NCBI GenBank assembly: GCA_039800105.1 | Contig: JBDLRI010000110.1 | Coordinates: 3,970 to 67,969 of the forward strand | Length of the DNA stretch: 64,000 nt | From: Pseudomonadota bacterium | GTDB taxonomy: Bacteria; Myxococcota_A; UBA796; SXON01 | Direction: 5' to 3' | Part shown: positions 14,496 through 23,523 of the stretch, in pieces | Position numbering within the stretch: the first letter of the stretch is position 1 | Layout of the letters: the number at the start of each line of letters is the position of its first letter | Position numbers and translations under genes: made by a program | The notes under the pieces: model-generated | The model's input: only the letters and a program-made list of their open reading frames with translations | Told to the model about the DNA's origin: nothing | Database searches by the model: none

Positions 14496-15383
14496 TCAGT
14501 TGCAGTCGTTGGCGGCGCCCGGCGTGCCGTGCTGCTTGACCTCGGTCCAGGCGTAGGTGGTGCCGACGTTCGTCCACAGCGCCTGGTTCACGTCGCTGCC
14601 GAACGTTCCGGTCGCGCGGCACCAGCTGCCGACCGAGTCGTTCTGGTCCGCGGCGAGCGTCCTCGCCTGCATGGAGTAGCCCTTCGTGTCCTCGCTGCCG
14701 TCGCTGTCCATGTCGTTGGCGTAGGCCACGCGGTCGATCACGGTGCTGCCGACCTTGAGCACGATCACGTCGCCGTTGGAGCCATTGGCCAGGAACGTCG
14801 CCGTCGCGCTCGACGTGCGCCAGGCCCACGCGACGCTCAGGCCGCCGTTCACGGCGGTGTCGGCGTTCGCGCCGAACACGACGTAGCCGCCGGCCGGCAC
14901 CACGACGCTCGTGTCGACGGTGAACACCATCGGCGTGGCGGCCTCGTCGGCCACGGTGAGACCCTGCAGATCGACGGCGTCGTTGGTGGCGTTGTAGACC
15001 TCGAACCACTCCGCGACCGGGTCGCTGTCATCCGTCGTCGCGCTGGTGCCGGTGGTGCCCGCGGCGCGCACGCCGTGCGGGTTGCGCATGTACTCGGTGA
15101 TGACGAGATCGCCGGCGCCGAGGATGCTCACGTCCTGGCCGCTGCCGCCCCCGGTCCCCGTGCCCGAACCCGTGGACGTGCCGGAGCCCGTGGACGATCC
15201 GGTGGAGGAGCCGGTGCCCGTGCCGGAGCCCGTGGACGATCCGGTGGAGGTGCCCGTGCCGGTGGACGATCCGGTACCCGTCGCGGAGCCCGTGCCGGTC
15301 TCCGTTTCCGTGGCGGTGCCGGTGTCCGTTCCGCTCTTGGTCTCGGGGAAGCAGGCGACGAGGCTGAGGAGAATCGCGATCAT
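14496..15383 (-). CDS. Lipoprotein with Gly/Thr/Ser linker and lamin-tail (LTD) domain
   Basis: LSLVAC lipobox; LVITEYMRNP, EWFEVYN, GTPGAAN motifs. Confidence 0.8.
   Translation of the reverse strand: MIAILLSLVACFPETKSGTDTGTATETETGTGSATGTGSSTGTGTSTGSSTGSGTGTGSSTGSSTGSGTSTGSGTGTGGGSGQDVSILGAGDLVITEYMRNPHGVRAAGTTGTSATTDDSDPVAEWFEVYNATNDAVDLQGLTVADEAATPMVFTVDTSVVVPAGGYVVFGANADTAVNGGLSVAWAWRTSSATATFLANGSNGDVIVLKVGSTVIDRVAYANDMDSDGSEDTKGYSMQARTLAADQNDSVGSWCRATGTFGSDVNQALWTNVGTTYAWTEVKQHGTPGAANDCN
15150..15325. repeat. Coding low-complexity tandem repeat (GTGSST linker)
   Basis: An identical 31-nt unit at 15178-15208 and 15220-15250, plus degenerate copies. Confidence 0.75.
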
Positions 15384-15478
15384 GGTGAACCCCTGGAAGG
15401 CGCGCCGGCGCTATCCCGGGGTCCGCGGGCGGCAAGCGCCCGACGCGGGCCTTGCGGGGCCTTGACAACTCCCTTCCC

Positions 15479-15513
15479 GGGGCGGGGGGCTACCCACCCC
15501 CCGCAACGCCCCC
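15479..15513 (-). repeat. Palindromic repeat family copy 2 (supplies the GNAT stop codon)
   Basis: Minus strand GGGGGCGTTGCGGGGGG-TGGGTAG-CCCCCCGCCCC; the TAG in the loop ends ORF 15490-16164. Confidence 0.8.
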
Positions 15514-16164
15514 GGGCGGGGCGTCCAATCGTACGCAGGCGTCCAGGTCCAGGACACACGTCACCATGGCCTTGCCGTAGAAGGTGAACGCGGCGCGCTC
15601 CTCGAAGCCCCACCGTGCCAGCTGGCGTCGGGCGTCGGCGTTGTCCTGCTCGGTGGTCACCTTCACCGCGCGGTGCCCGCGGTCGCGCAGCGCCTCGAAC
15701 AGCACCTTGTTGATGTGACCGCTCACGCGGGTGCCGCGCAACGCCGGAACGAACGAGCAGAACAGGCTCTCCGCGGGCACGTCCCGCGCACCGCTGCGGT
15801 CGCCGTAGCGCCCGGTCTCGAGCAGCAGCGGCAGCACGTCGGGCGCGCGCACCAGTCCGCGCGCGGCGGCCCGCGCCAACGGCACCGCACGGGCACGGAG
15901 CACGGCGCGCCGCATCGCGTCGGTGTCGGTGCTTCCGGCGATGAATCCGCCGAGGCCGCCCTCGTGGTCGTACACGTACCCGAGGAAGCGCGGATCCCGG
16001 AGAAGGCCGGCGTAGATCGCCTCGAGAAACGGCACGCCCAGGCGCGCCCAGAGGCTTCGCCCCATCGCGGCGTGGTGCTGGGCCGCCACCGCCGGCACGT
16101 CGCGCGCCTCCATCGGGCGGATCCGCGCGTGCACCGCGGGATCGACCGGAAACGCGGCGCTCAC
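15490..16164 (-). CDS. GNAT-family N-acetyltransferase
   Basis: IRPMEARDV, PALRGTRVSG (motif A-like), N..ARRQLARWGF; ATGA coupling to the dpgB-like gene. Confidence 0.75.
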   Translation of the reverse strand: MSAAFPVDPAVHARIRPMEARDVPAVAAQHHAAMGRSLWARLGVPFLEAIYAGLLRDPRFLGYVYDHEGGLGGFIAGSTDTDAMRRAVLRARAVPLARAAARGLVRAPDVLPLLLETGRYGDRSGARDVPAESLFCSFVPALRGTRVSGHINKVLFEALRDRGHRAVKVTTEQDNADARRQLARWGFEERAAFTFYGKAMVTCVLDLDACVRLDAPPGGVAGGG

Positions 16165-16880
16165 GGGTCCGAACGGCGGACGGCGGCGAGCGTGCGCGCA
16201 AAGGCCGGCTGCGCGATGGCCCGGGCCTGGGCGGCCAGGAAGTGACCCACCGCGTCCTCCGCGGGAGTCTCGAAGCTCTCGATCAGGAGTCGTCGCGCAA
16301 GGGTCCCCGCCACGGGTGACGCGTCCCCGAGGAGGGCGTGGCCCGCGGACTCCGCATCCGCGGCATCCGGCGCGACCGCGTCGACGAGACCCAGGGCCTC
16401 GGCGGCCTCGGCATGGAGGGCCGCCCCCGAGAGCACCAGGCGCTTCGCCCGCCCCAGCCCGACGTACCGGGCCAGGCGCCAGGTGGCCATGCCGGGAAGG
16501 TAGCCCTGCTGGACCTCCGGCAGCGAGAGGCGTGCATCGCGTGTCGCGATGCGCACGTCACACGCGAGCAGCAACTGGAACCCCGGCCCATGGCACGGGC
16601 CGTCCGCGACGGCGATCGTGAGCGCCCGCGCACGCTCCAGACGGGTGACGACCTTCTCCCACCGGTGGAAGCCGTGGATGTCCGGCGCGCCGTCGGGATC
16701 GAACCCCGCAAACGACATCCCCTCGCAGCGCAGGACCAGCACGATCCGCGGGATGCCGGCGTCCTCGGCCGCGTCGAGCGCGGCCTCCAGCTCCGTGATG
16801 GCGCCCATGTCCACGCGCGGTGCCGCGAGGGCGATGCGCACGCGGTCCGTCTCCCGGGTGATGCTCAGGCTCTGCGGCAC
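16161..16880 (-). CDS. dpgB: Enoyl-CoA hydratase/isomerase, DpgB-like
   Basis: Crotonase motifs G.CHGPG..LLLACDVRIA, LPEV..GYLPGMATWRL; WEKVVTRLER segment as in DpgB; adjacent to dpgA. Confidence 0.7.
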   Translation of the reverse strand: MPQSLSITRETDRVRIALAAPRVDMGAITELEAALDAAEDAGIPRIVLVLRCEGMSFAGFDPDGAPDIHGFHRWEKVVTRLERARALTIAVADGPCHGPGFQLLLACDVRIATRDARLSLPEVQQGYLPGMATWRLARYVGLGRAKRLVLSGAALHAEAAEALGLVDAVAPDAADAESAGHALLGDASPVAGTLARRLLIESFETPAEDAVGHFLAAQARAIAQPAFARTLAAVRRSDP

Positions 16881-16889
16881 GTCCGTCTC

Positions 16890-17945
16890 CTACCAGCGCA
16901 CCAGCGCCGTCTCGATGGTGGAACCCGGCCCCATGGTCATCAGCACGCCCCAGTCGCCGCGCCGCACGCGCCCTTCGGCGTGCAGGCGCTCCAGCGAGAA
17001 CAGGAACGATCCGCTGGAGAGGTTGCCGAAATCGCGCAGGACGCTGCTCGTGTGACGCACGTCCCACGCGCTCAGGCCGAGGTTGTACTTGATGGCGTCC
17101 ACGACCTTCTTTCCGCCGGAATGGACCACCCAGTGCGCGATGGCACGCTGCGGCAGCCGGTGCGCCGCGAGCAGCTTCCGCACGGGCGTCTCCGCGTGGG
17201 CACCCACCACGTAGGGGACGTCGCGGTCCAGGTAGAAGCTGAACTTCCCCTGCGCCTCGTCCCAGTCGTAGCGCATCGCGTCGATGGCCTGCGGGATGAT
17301 GTGGCTCGCGAACCCGTGCAGGGCCGGCGCGAACGACGCCTCGTCGCGGCCGTCCGCACGGACGAGGATCGCGGCCGCCCCATCGCCGAAGAGCGAGTTC
17401 ACGATGGCCGTGCGCAGCGTGCCGTCGAAGACGTAGGCGGCGGAGCACGCCTCCACGCACAGCATCACGGCGTTGCGACCCGGATGGGCGCGCGCCCACG
17501 CGGCGACCGGCCCCAGCCCGTTGAGGCCCGCGTTGCAGCCCATGCCGACCACGTCGAGCCGGCTGCAGTCCTCGCGCAGTCCGAGCGCACGGATCAGGTG
17601 CGCGCTCAACCCCGGGGCCAGGAACCCTGTGGTCGTGATCACGCAGAGGTGGTCGACGTCTCCGACGCCCAGTCCCGCACGCGCGAGGCACGCCGTCAGG
17701 GCGCGGCCGCCCATGTCCAGCGCGCCCGCGCGGTGGCGCGCCAGCAGCTCCCCCTGGCCCTCGACCGGAGGCCCGTCCGGTCCCGGTGGCGGCAGGTCCA
17801 GGTGCCGCGTGCGGATGTGGCTGGCCGTGAACAGGCTTCGGACCCGTGGATCCTTCACGCCGTAACGGTCCAGGATCTCGGCCTGCGTCCACCGCTGCGG
17901 CGGGTTGGCCGTCGCGAGGGCAAGGATGCGCGGGTGACCGCTCAG
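16890..17945 (-). CDS. dpgA: Type III PKS, 3,5-dihydroxyphenylacetyl-CoA synthase-like
   Basis: SRLDVVGMGCNAGLN (catalytic Cys), CVEACSAAYVFDGT, NSLFGDG, HSGGKKV, GNLSSGSFLFS. The start is uncertain; a CTG overlaps the upstream TGA. Confidence 0.85.
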   Translation of the reverse strand: MSGHPRILALATANPPQRWTQAEILDRYGVKDPRVRSLFTASHIRTRHLDLPPPGPDGPPVEGQGELLARHRAGALDMGGRALTACLARAGLGVGDVDHLCVITTTGFLAPGLSAHLIRALGLREDCSRLDVVGMGCNAGLNGLGPVAAWARAHPGRNAVMLCVEACSAAYVFDGTLRTAIVNSLFGDGAAAILVRADGRDEASFAPALHGFASHIIPQAIDAMRYDWDEAQGKFSFYLDRDVPYVVGAHAETPVRKLLAAHRLPQRAIAHWVVHSGGKKVVDAIKYNLGLSAWDVRHTSSVLRDFGNLSSGSFLFSLERLHAEGRVRRGDWGVLMTMGPGSTIETALVRW

Positions 17946-18808
17946 GGGGTGGCCCCGTCCTTCTTCTTCGCCTTCACCGCGGCCTTGGGCACCCCCTTCA
18001 CCACGGGCTTCGCCGGGGCGGGGGCCGGGGAGGGGGCCGGAGCCGCAGCCGCCGCCGCGGGCGCGCCGGCCGACGCGGCGGGCGCCGGGGCGACCGGGGC
18101 CGCCTTGGCGTTGGCCGGCGCTGCGCCGGCAAGTGGCGCGGCATCGCTCGCCGGGGTGGCCGGAGCCGCGGACGTCGACGAAGGCGACGGCGCCGCCGCG
18201 GACGGAGAGGCAGCCGTCGCACCCTTCGCGAAGTCCCCGCCGATGGCCGCTGCGAGCGTGTCGAGGTCGAACGAGAGCCCGGTCACATCCGACGCGCCGA
18301 TCTCCACCTCGCGGCTCTCGGCGGGCTCGTTCGGCCCGGGACCGTTGCCGTCCTTGTCGACGAAGGCCATCACCGTGACCTTGCCCGTGTTCTTCGGGGC
18401 CTCGATCCGGAACACGCCACCCACCTCCAGGGTGGCGGCGTGAAGGATGTTGGGCGAGCCGTCCGCCTTCTTCGTGAGCACGTCGACGCGGAGCTTCCCG
18501 ACCTTGCCGCTCCAGGCGATCGTGCCGCCCAGGCCGACCCCCTCGCCCGGCGTCACCTTGAACGCCGGCATCTGCACCGGCCCGTCCCCCGGCCCGGGCA
18601 CGGGCGGCCCACCCTGTCCGTCTCCCGCGGGCGGCCCCTCGGGGGGCGCCGGAGCGGTGCCCTGGGCGCCGGAGGCCCCCTCCGACGCCGGCGCCGCCGG
18701 TGCGGCACCGGGCTTGTTGCCGTCGCCGGAAGGGGTTCCCGTCTCGGGCGGCGTGATGCAGGCACCGAGCGTGAGGGACGCGAGGAGCGCGAGGGGACGC
18801 AGGACCAT
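17942..18808 (-). CDS. Hypothetical lipoprotein with Ala/Pro/Lys-rich tail
   Basis: LTLGAC lipobox, DKDGNG Ca-loop-like motif; TATGAT -10 at 18831-18836 and GGAG RBS. Confidence 0.7.
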   Translation of the reverse strand: MVLRPLALLASLTLGACITPPETGTPSGDGNKPGAAPAAPASEGASGAQGTAPAPPEGPPAGDGQGGPPVPGPGDGPVQMPAFKVTPGEGVGLGGTIAWSGKVGKLRVDVLTKKADGSPNILHAATLEVGGVFRIEAPKNTGKVTVMAFVDKDGNGPGPNEPAESREVEIGASDVTGLSFDLDTLAAAIGGDFAKGATAASPSAAAPSPSSTSAAPATPASDAAPLAGAAPANAKAAPVAPAPAASAGAPAAAAAAPAPSPAPAPAKPVVKGVPKAAVKAKKKDGATP

Positions 18809-18887
18809 GGAACGGGCTCTCCGGGGCGCGATCATAGCCCATCGGCGCGCGCGGGTGTAGGTGAGGACGAACGACCAGGAACACCCG

Positions 18888-20051
18888 ATGGCCCCGTCGA
18901 CCCCCTTTCTGCTCCTTCCCCTCCTGCTCGCCGCGTGCGCCGACCCCGGGCCCGTGATCGTGCCGCCGGACGACTCCGATGACACCGGGACCCCCGCCGA
19001 CGACACCTCGCCGGAGGCGTCCGACGATGACACCGACCGCGACGGGTTCTCGGTGGCCGAGGGCGACTGCGACGACGCGGACGTGCGCGTCTCTCCCGCA
19101 CGCGAGGAAGACCCCGACGACGGCGTCGACAACGACTGCGACGCGCGCGTCGACGAGGCCTTCGCGGGGGTCACCGTCGGGCTGGTGACCGCCTGGCCGA
19201 CCCTCACGTCGGGCGGATCCGGTGATCTCCTGCGCATCGACTCGGTCGGCCGGCTCTCGGACTCCATCGCCCTCACGGGCTGCGCGCCGCTCTGGATCGA
19301 CACCCTCGGGGACGGCTGGGTGGTCAACTGCGAGCAGTCCCGCATCCTGCGGGTCGACGCCGACGGATCGACGACGGTGCTTCTGGACGCCGACCTCCAC
19401 TTCGCGGAGCGGCCGTCCTTCGGACTCTGGGGCGCGGCGGCGGATCGCGACGGCAGCGTCTACGTCAGCACCATCGACAGCCTCGTGCGGGTGAGCCCCG
19501 AAGGCATGGTCTCCGTCGTCGCGACGTGGGTCGTGGCCCTGGACGACCCCGACACCCACGAGTTCGCCGCGTCCGCGGTGGCGGTCGACTGGGTCACCGG
19601 GGAGGTCGGCCTCTTCGACTACTTCGGCGGCTTCGCGACCTGGTCGCCCCCGGTGGTCACCGCGCAGGGGGGGGTCGCGCCGATCGCGATCCTGGCGTCC
19701 GGCGACCTCGAGAATCCGGCCCTGCTCACGTTCACGGGCACGCACTCCGACCGCGGCGACTGGGTGACCCCCGCCATCGACGCGGCGACCGGGCGCACCG
19801 GTCTCTACACCTGGGACGACGCGCAGGCGGCGTGGGTATCCATCGCGAGCTGGAGCGCGGAGAACAGCGAATGGGAGCCGGTGGCGCTGGCCATCGACGG
19901 CGGCACGGGCGACGCCTACGTGACCGCCAACGGTGGCTGGTACAGCACCGTGTGGCGCGTCCTCGACGGCGGCACCACCGCGCACGACCTCTACGAGTAC
20001 GGCGGCACGTCCGCGGACACGTCCTTCTGGGGCGTCGTGGTGCAGCAGTGA
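18888..20051 (+). CDS. Lipoprotein with putative metal-binding (DxDxDG..DCDD..DNDCD) motif and beta-propeller
   Basis: LLAAC lipobox; DTDRDGFSVAEGDCDD...DGVDNDCDARVDE motif typical of myxobacterial surface proteins. Confidence 0.75.
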   Translation: MAPSTPFLLLPLLLAACADPGPVIVPPDDSDDTGTPADDTSPEASDDDTDRDGFSVAEGDCDDADVRVSPAREEDPDDGVDNDCDARVDEAFAGVTVGLVTAWPTLTSGGSGDLLRIDSVGRLSDSIALTGCAPLWIDTLGDGWVVNCEQSRILRVDADGSTTVLLDADLHFAERPSFGLWGAAADRDGSVYVSTIDSLVRVSPEGMVSVVATWVVALDDPDTHEFAASAVAVDWVTGEVGLFDYFGGFATWSPPVVTAQGGVAPIAILASGDLENPALLTFTGTHSDRGDWVTPAIDAATGRTGLYTWDDAQAAWVSIASWSAENSEWEPVALAIDGGTGDAYVTANGGWYSTVWRVLDGGTTAHDLYEYGGTSADTSFWGVVVQQ

Positions 20052-20068
20052 CGTGGTATGCTGCGGGT

Positions 20069-20221
20069 GTGGAGGCGTCGCAGGTGCGTCGCGGGATGGT
20101 GATCCTGAGCGTCGGAATCCTCGTGGGCGTGTACGTCGCGGGGCGCGACCTCGCGCGGGTGGCCCGCGTGGGCGACGACGTCGCGCGCGCGGTGGCCGGA
20201 CGACTGGGGATCCCGCTGTGA
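20069..20221 (+). CDS. Small membrane protein heading the Tad locus (possibly pilin-like)
   Basis: RRG followed by a hydrophobic helix; extended -10 TGG-TATGCT 6 nt upstream; stop overlaps the next GTG. Confidence 0.4.
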   Translation: MEASQVRRGMVILSVGILVGVYVAGRDLARVARVGDDVARAVAGRLGIPL

Positions 20222-20448
20222 GGTCCACCTCGTCGTGGTGTCGTGCCCTGCGCCCGCACGGGCCGGGGCGTTGCGGGGGCGGCCCGAGCCCCCGCCCCAT
20301 CGGACGTCGGGGACAGAGCGCCGTCGAGTACATGCTGGCGCTGTCGGTCATCGCCATCGTCATCGCGGGCGCGTTCAGCGCCATGGGCGCCGGCGTGGGC
20401 GGCGCCTTCCACAACGTGCGCGCCGTCGTGGGGCTGCCGTACCCATGA
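20218..20448 (+). CDS. flp: Flp/Fap pilin
   Basis: RRG|QSAVEYMLALSVIAIVI Flp cleavage motif (E+5, Y+6); start uncertain. Confidence 0.75.
   Translation: MRSTSSWCRALRPHGPGRCGGGPSPRPIGRRGQSAVEYMLALSVIAIVIAGAFSAMGAGVGGAFHNVRAVVGLPYP
20265..20299 (+). repeat. Palindromic repeat family copy 3 (in putative pilin leader)
   Basis: GGGGCGTT-GCGGGGGC-GGCCCGA-GCCCCCGC-CCCA. Confidence 0.8.
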
Positions 20449-20930
20449 CCGTCGCGCCCCTGGGGCCCGCGGATGTCGTGCTGGCCGGCGTGCTCGTCGC
20501 GGCGTGCGCCACCGACCTGCGCACGCGCCGGATCCCGAACGTGCTCACCCTGCCCGCCATCGTGCTCGGCATCGTCGACGGGGTGCGCGTCACGACGTGG
20601 TGGCACGGGCTCGCCGGGGTGCTCGTGGCGTTCCTGCTGGCCGCGCCGGCGTGGCGGATGGGCGGCGCCATGCGCGCCGGCGACGTGAAGCTGCTCATGG
20701 CCGCAGGCGCGTTCCTGGGCTGGCAGGGCGCGCTGCGCGGCACCGTGTTCACCTACCTGCTCGCCTTTCCCTTCGGCGTGGCGGTGCTCGCGTGGCGCGG
20801 ACGCCTGTCGAACCTGTGGCGGGTGTGGGCGCACGGGGAGCGCGAGGAGCTCACGCACGTTGCGTTCGCGCCGGTGATCGCCCTCGCCGTCGTGCTGGCG
20901 CGGTGCCAGCCGTGGCCGGAGCTGGGATGA
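20445..20930 (+). CDS. cpaA: Prepilin peptidase A24 (CpaA/TadV)
   Basis: TDLRTRRIPN and AGDVKL catalytic Asp motifs, FAPVIA; ATGA coupling. Confidence 0.9.
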   Translation: MTVAPLGPADVVLAGVLVAACATDLRTRRIPNVLTLPAIVLGIVDGVRVTTWWHGLAGVLVAFLLAAPAWRMGGAMRAGDVKLLMAAGAFLGWQGALRGTVFTYLLAFPFGVAVLAWRGRLSNLWRVWAHGEREELTHVAFAPVIALAVVLARCQPWPELG

Positions 20931-21133
20931 GGACGCGCGCGGGGGACCGGGCCCGCCACGGGCGGCGCGGGCAGGCGACCACGGAGTACCTGCTCCTGTC
21001 GTCCATGCTGGCGATCGCGTTGCTGGCGCTCGCGTGGGCGCTGGTGCCCGCCTACGAGCAGGGCCTGCGGCGCGTGGCGCAGATGGCGAGCGGCACGCTC
21101 GGCGGCGGCACCGCGGTGTCCGGCCGCCGGTAG
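20927..21133 (+). CDS. Second Flp-type pilin / minor pilin
   Basis: RRG|QATTEYLLLSSMLAIALL. Confidence 0.75.
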   Translation: MRTRAGDRARHGRRGQATTEYLLLSSMLAIALLALAWALVPAYEQGLRRVAQMASGTLGGGTAVSGRR

Positions 21134-21199
21134 CCGGCCGCGCGCCCCGAGGGTGCGCATGGTCGGGACCGCGATAGGGTGGCCGGTGGAGAAACCCGA

Positions 21200-22042
21200 G
21201 TGAAGAACCCTCGCGCTTTCATCTTCGCCCTCCTCGTGGCCCTGCTCGCCACCCTGATGCAGTGCCGCTACGTCGCGAGCCGCGAGAAGGACCTGCTCTA
21301 CCGCAGCGAACCGCAGAAGGTCCTCGTGGCGACCCGGGACATCCTCCCGAACGTGCGCATGGACGAGACGATGGTGGAGCTGCGCGAGGTGCCCCGCGAC
21401 TGGGTGCAACCGAAGGCCGTGGCGAGCGTGGACGACGCCGCCGGGCAGATCACCGCGGTGCCGATCTTCAAGGGCGAGCAGGTGCTCTCCACCAAGCTGG
21501 TCGACGCGGACGACGCGGGCCTGGCGTTCTTCGTGCCCAAGGGCATGCGCGCGGTGTCGGTGGCGGTGGACGTCTACAACGCGGTCGGCGGCCACATCAA
21601 GCCGGGCAACCACGTCGACATCCTCGGAACGTTCGACTTCGGCGAGGGTGAGCACTCCGACCTTCGCACCATCACGCTGATGCAGGACGTGTGGGTGCTC
21701 GCGGTGGTGGACGACATCGGCAAGCCGACCACCCGCGACGTCGTGAAGATGCCCCCCGAGGGCGAGGAGGCCGAGAAGCCGCCCGAGGCGCCCCCGGGCC
21801 CCAGCGAGACCGTCGGCTCCGGCGCGACCATCAGCGTGGCGGTCAGCCCCGCCGACGCGCAGAAGCTGGTCATGGCGCAGGAGCTCGGACGCCTGCACGT
21901 GAGCCTGCGCTCCCTCTGGGAGGGCGAGGGTGGCCAGACGCTGGACCACGCGACGGTCGCCAACACGCTGGGCATCGTCCAGCCGGTGCGCTCGAAGACG
22001 CGGCCGGCCTACCGCATGATGTCCGGCGGGGGCGACTACTGA
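21200..22042 (+). CDS. cpaB: Flp pilus assembly protein CpaB/RcpC
   Basis: VLVATRDI (SAF domain), PKGMRAVSV, IKPGNHVDIL, AVSPADAQKL. Confidence 0.92.
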   Translation: MKNPRAFIFALLVALLATLMQCRYVASREKDLLYRSEPQKVLVATRDILPNVRMDETMVELREVPRDWVQPKAVASVDDAAGQITAVPIFKGEQVLSTKLVDADDAGLAFFVPKGMRAVSVAVDVYNAVGGHIKPGNHVDILGTFDFGEGEHSDLRTITLMQDVWVLAVVDDIGKPTTRDVVKMPPEGEEAEKPPEAPPGPSETVGSGATISVAVSPADAQKLVMAQELGRLHVSLRSLWEGEGGQTLDHATVANTLGIVQPVRSKTRPAYRMMSGGGDY

Positions 22043-23523
22043 TGCGCGCCGGCATGTGCGGCCTTCGCGGCGTGGTGGGCGCGCTCCTGCTCGGGCTGGC
22101 CGGGCTCTCCGTGCCCGTGGGTCCGCTCGCGCCCCAGGCGGCCCTGGCGGCGCCGGGTGGCGCCCCGGTCACCATCAAGGACCAGGCGGTGGTGATCAAC
22201 TCGCAGCTCGCCCTCGACATCCCGTTCGCGTTCGGGGACGTGAGCGTGGGCAGCACCGACATCATCAAGGTCATCCCGCTGCGCGACACCAAGCAGATCC
22301 TCGTCGCGGGCCGCCAGGAAGGCACCACCAACATCATCCTCTACGACACCCGCGGTGCCCGGCGGGCGGAGTTCGAGGTCACGGTCATCCCCGCCAACCT
22401 GGCGAAGGTGATGAAGAACGTCCAGGCGCTGCTCGAGGACATCGAGGGCCTCGAGTTCAAGGTGATCAACGACCGCGTCTACATCCAGGGCGAGGTGAGC
22501 CTCGACAACGAACTGGCGCGCGTGAAGGACCTCGACGAGCGCGAGGCCCTCGTGGAGAGCATGGTGACGCTCTCCCCGGTGGCGCAGAAGCTCCTCGCGA
22601 GCCTGATCGAGAAGGAGATCGCCGCGCCCGGGGTGAACGTCCGCCTCGTGGGCAAGAAGATCATGCTCGAAGGAATCGTCCACAGCGCGGTGGCCAGCCA
22701 GCGCGCCGAGGCGATCGCCAAGGCCTACTACCCCGACGCGGGAGGCTCGAGCGTCATCAACGTGCTCGAGGTGAAGGCCACGGAACGCACGCCTGGCCGC
22801 AACCAGACCGTGGTGCTCGTCGTGCACTTCGTGGAGCTGACGAAGAGCCTCATCGACAGCTGGGGCGTGGAGTGGACCCCGTTCACGAGCACGGGCGTGG
22901 AGATGGGCTACGAGAAGCTGTTCAGCGGCGGACAGTCCGCGGCGCCCACGTCCTACGTGACGTCCACGGTCGCCGCGCTGCTTCCCCGGCTCGAGTACGC
23001 CAAGCAGAGCGGCTACGCGCGCGTGCTGGAGAACCCGACGGTGTCGGTCAAGTCGGGCGATCCGGCGCACATCTTCTCCGGCGCGAAGGTGCCGTTCGTC
23101 TTCATCGAGAACGGCACGCAGACCATCGTGTTCGAGGAGGTGGGCATCACGATGGACGTGACGCCCTACGCGCAGGGAACCGACGTCGACATCGCGCTCG
23201 ACATCGGGGTCAGCAGCCTCGGAGAGGTCGCGGCCAACGGCTACCCCACCATCGACAAGAGCCAGATCCGGACCACCCAGTTCTGCCGCGCGGGAGAGAG
23301 CATCGTCGTGGGTGGACTGCAGCGCCTGTCCGACCGCACCGACTACAACCGGGTGCCGCAGGGCAGCGGCGGCGCCGGCATCGTGACGCTCTACAAGTCC
23401 AAGCACTACAAGAAGTCGAAGAGCCAGTTCCTCGTGTTCATCACGCCGCAGATCCACGAGAGCACCACGACCGCGAACCGCGAGATCCAGGAGACGTTCA
23501 ACCTCTCCGAGGTGCGTCAGTAA
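22042..23523 (+). CDS. cpaC: Tad secretin CpaC/RcpA with BON domains
   Basis: Signal peptide, G..EGTTNIIL N-domain, two BON-like repeats, RVLENPTVSVKSG and GESIVVGGL..LVFITP secretin motifs. Confidence 0.88.
   Translation: MRAGMCGLRGVVGALLLGLAGLSVPVGPLAPQAALAAPGGAPVTIKDQAVVINSQLALDIPFAFGDVSVGSTDIIKVIPLRDTKQILVAGRQEGTTNIILYDTRGARRAEFEVTVIPANLAKVMKNVQALLEDIEGLEFKVINDRVYIQGEVSLDNELARVKDLDEREALVESMVTLSPVAQKLLASLIEKEIAAPGVNVRLVGKKIMLEGIVHSAVASQRAEAIAKAYYPDAGGSSVINVLEVKATERTPGRNQTVVLVVHFVELTKSLIDSWGVEWTPFTSTGVEMGYEKLFSGGQSAAPTSYVTSTVAALLPRLEYAKQSGYARVLENPTVSVKSGDPAHIFSGAKVPFVFIENGTQTIVFEEVGITMDVTPYAQGTDVDIALDIGVSSLGEVAANGYPTIDKSQIRTTQFCRAGESIVVGGLQRLSDRTDYNRVPQGSGGAGIVTLYKSKHYKKSKSQFLVFITPQIHESTTTANREIQETFNLSEVRQ

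Noticed and set aside
15150-15325. Tandem repeats as a possible CRISPR array
   Set aside because: There are no unique spacers, the repeats are in-frame Gly/Thr/Ser linker codons, and no cas genes are present.
16890-20858. 1322-aa ORF suggesting a giant type III PKS fusion
   Set aside because: Only the last ~350 aa are PKS-like. The upstream part overlaps real lipoprotein and pilin genes in other frames or on the other strand.
22056-23522. Apparent 490-aa N-terminal extension of CpaE-CpaF
   Set aside because: It is an off-frame overlap with the secretin gene. The real start is the TAATG-coupled ATG at 23523.
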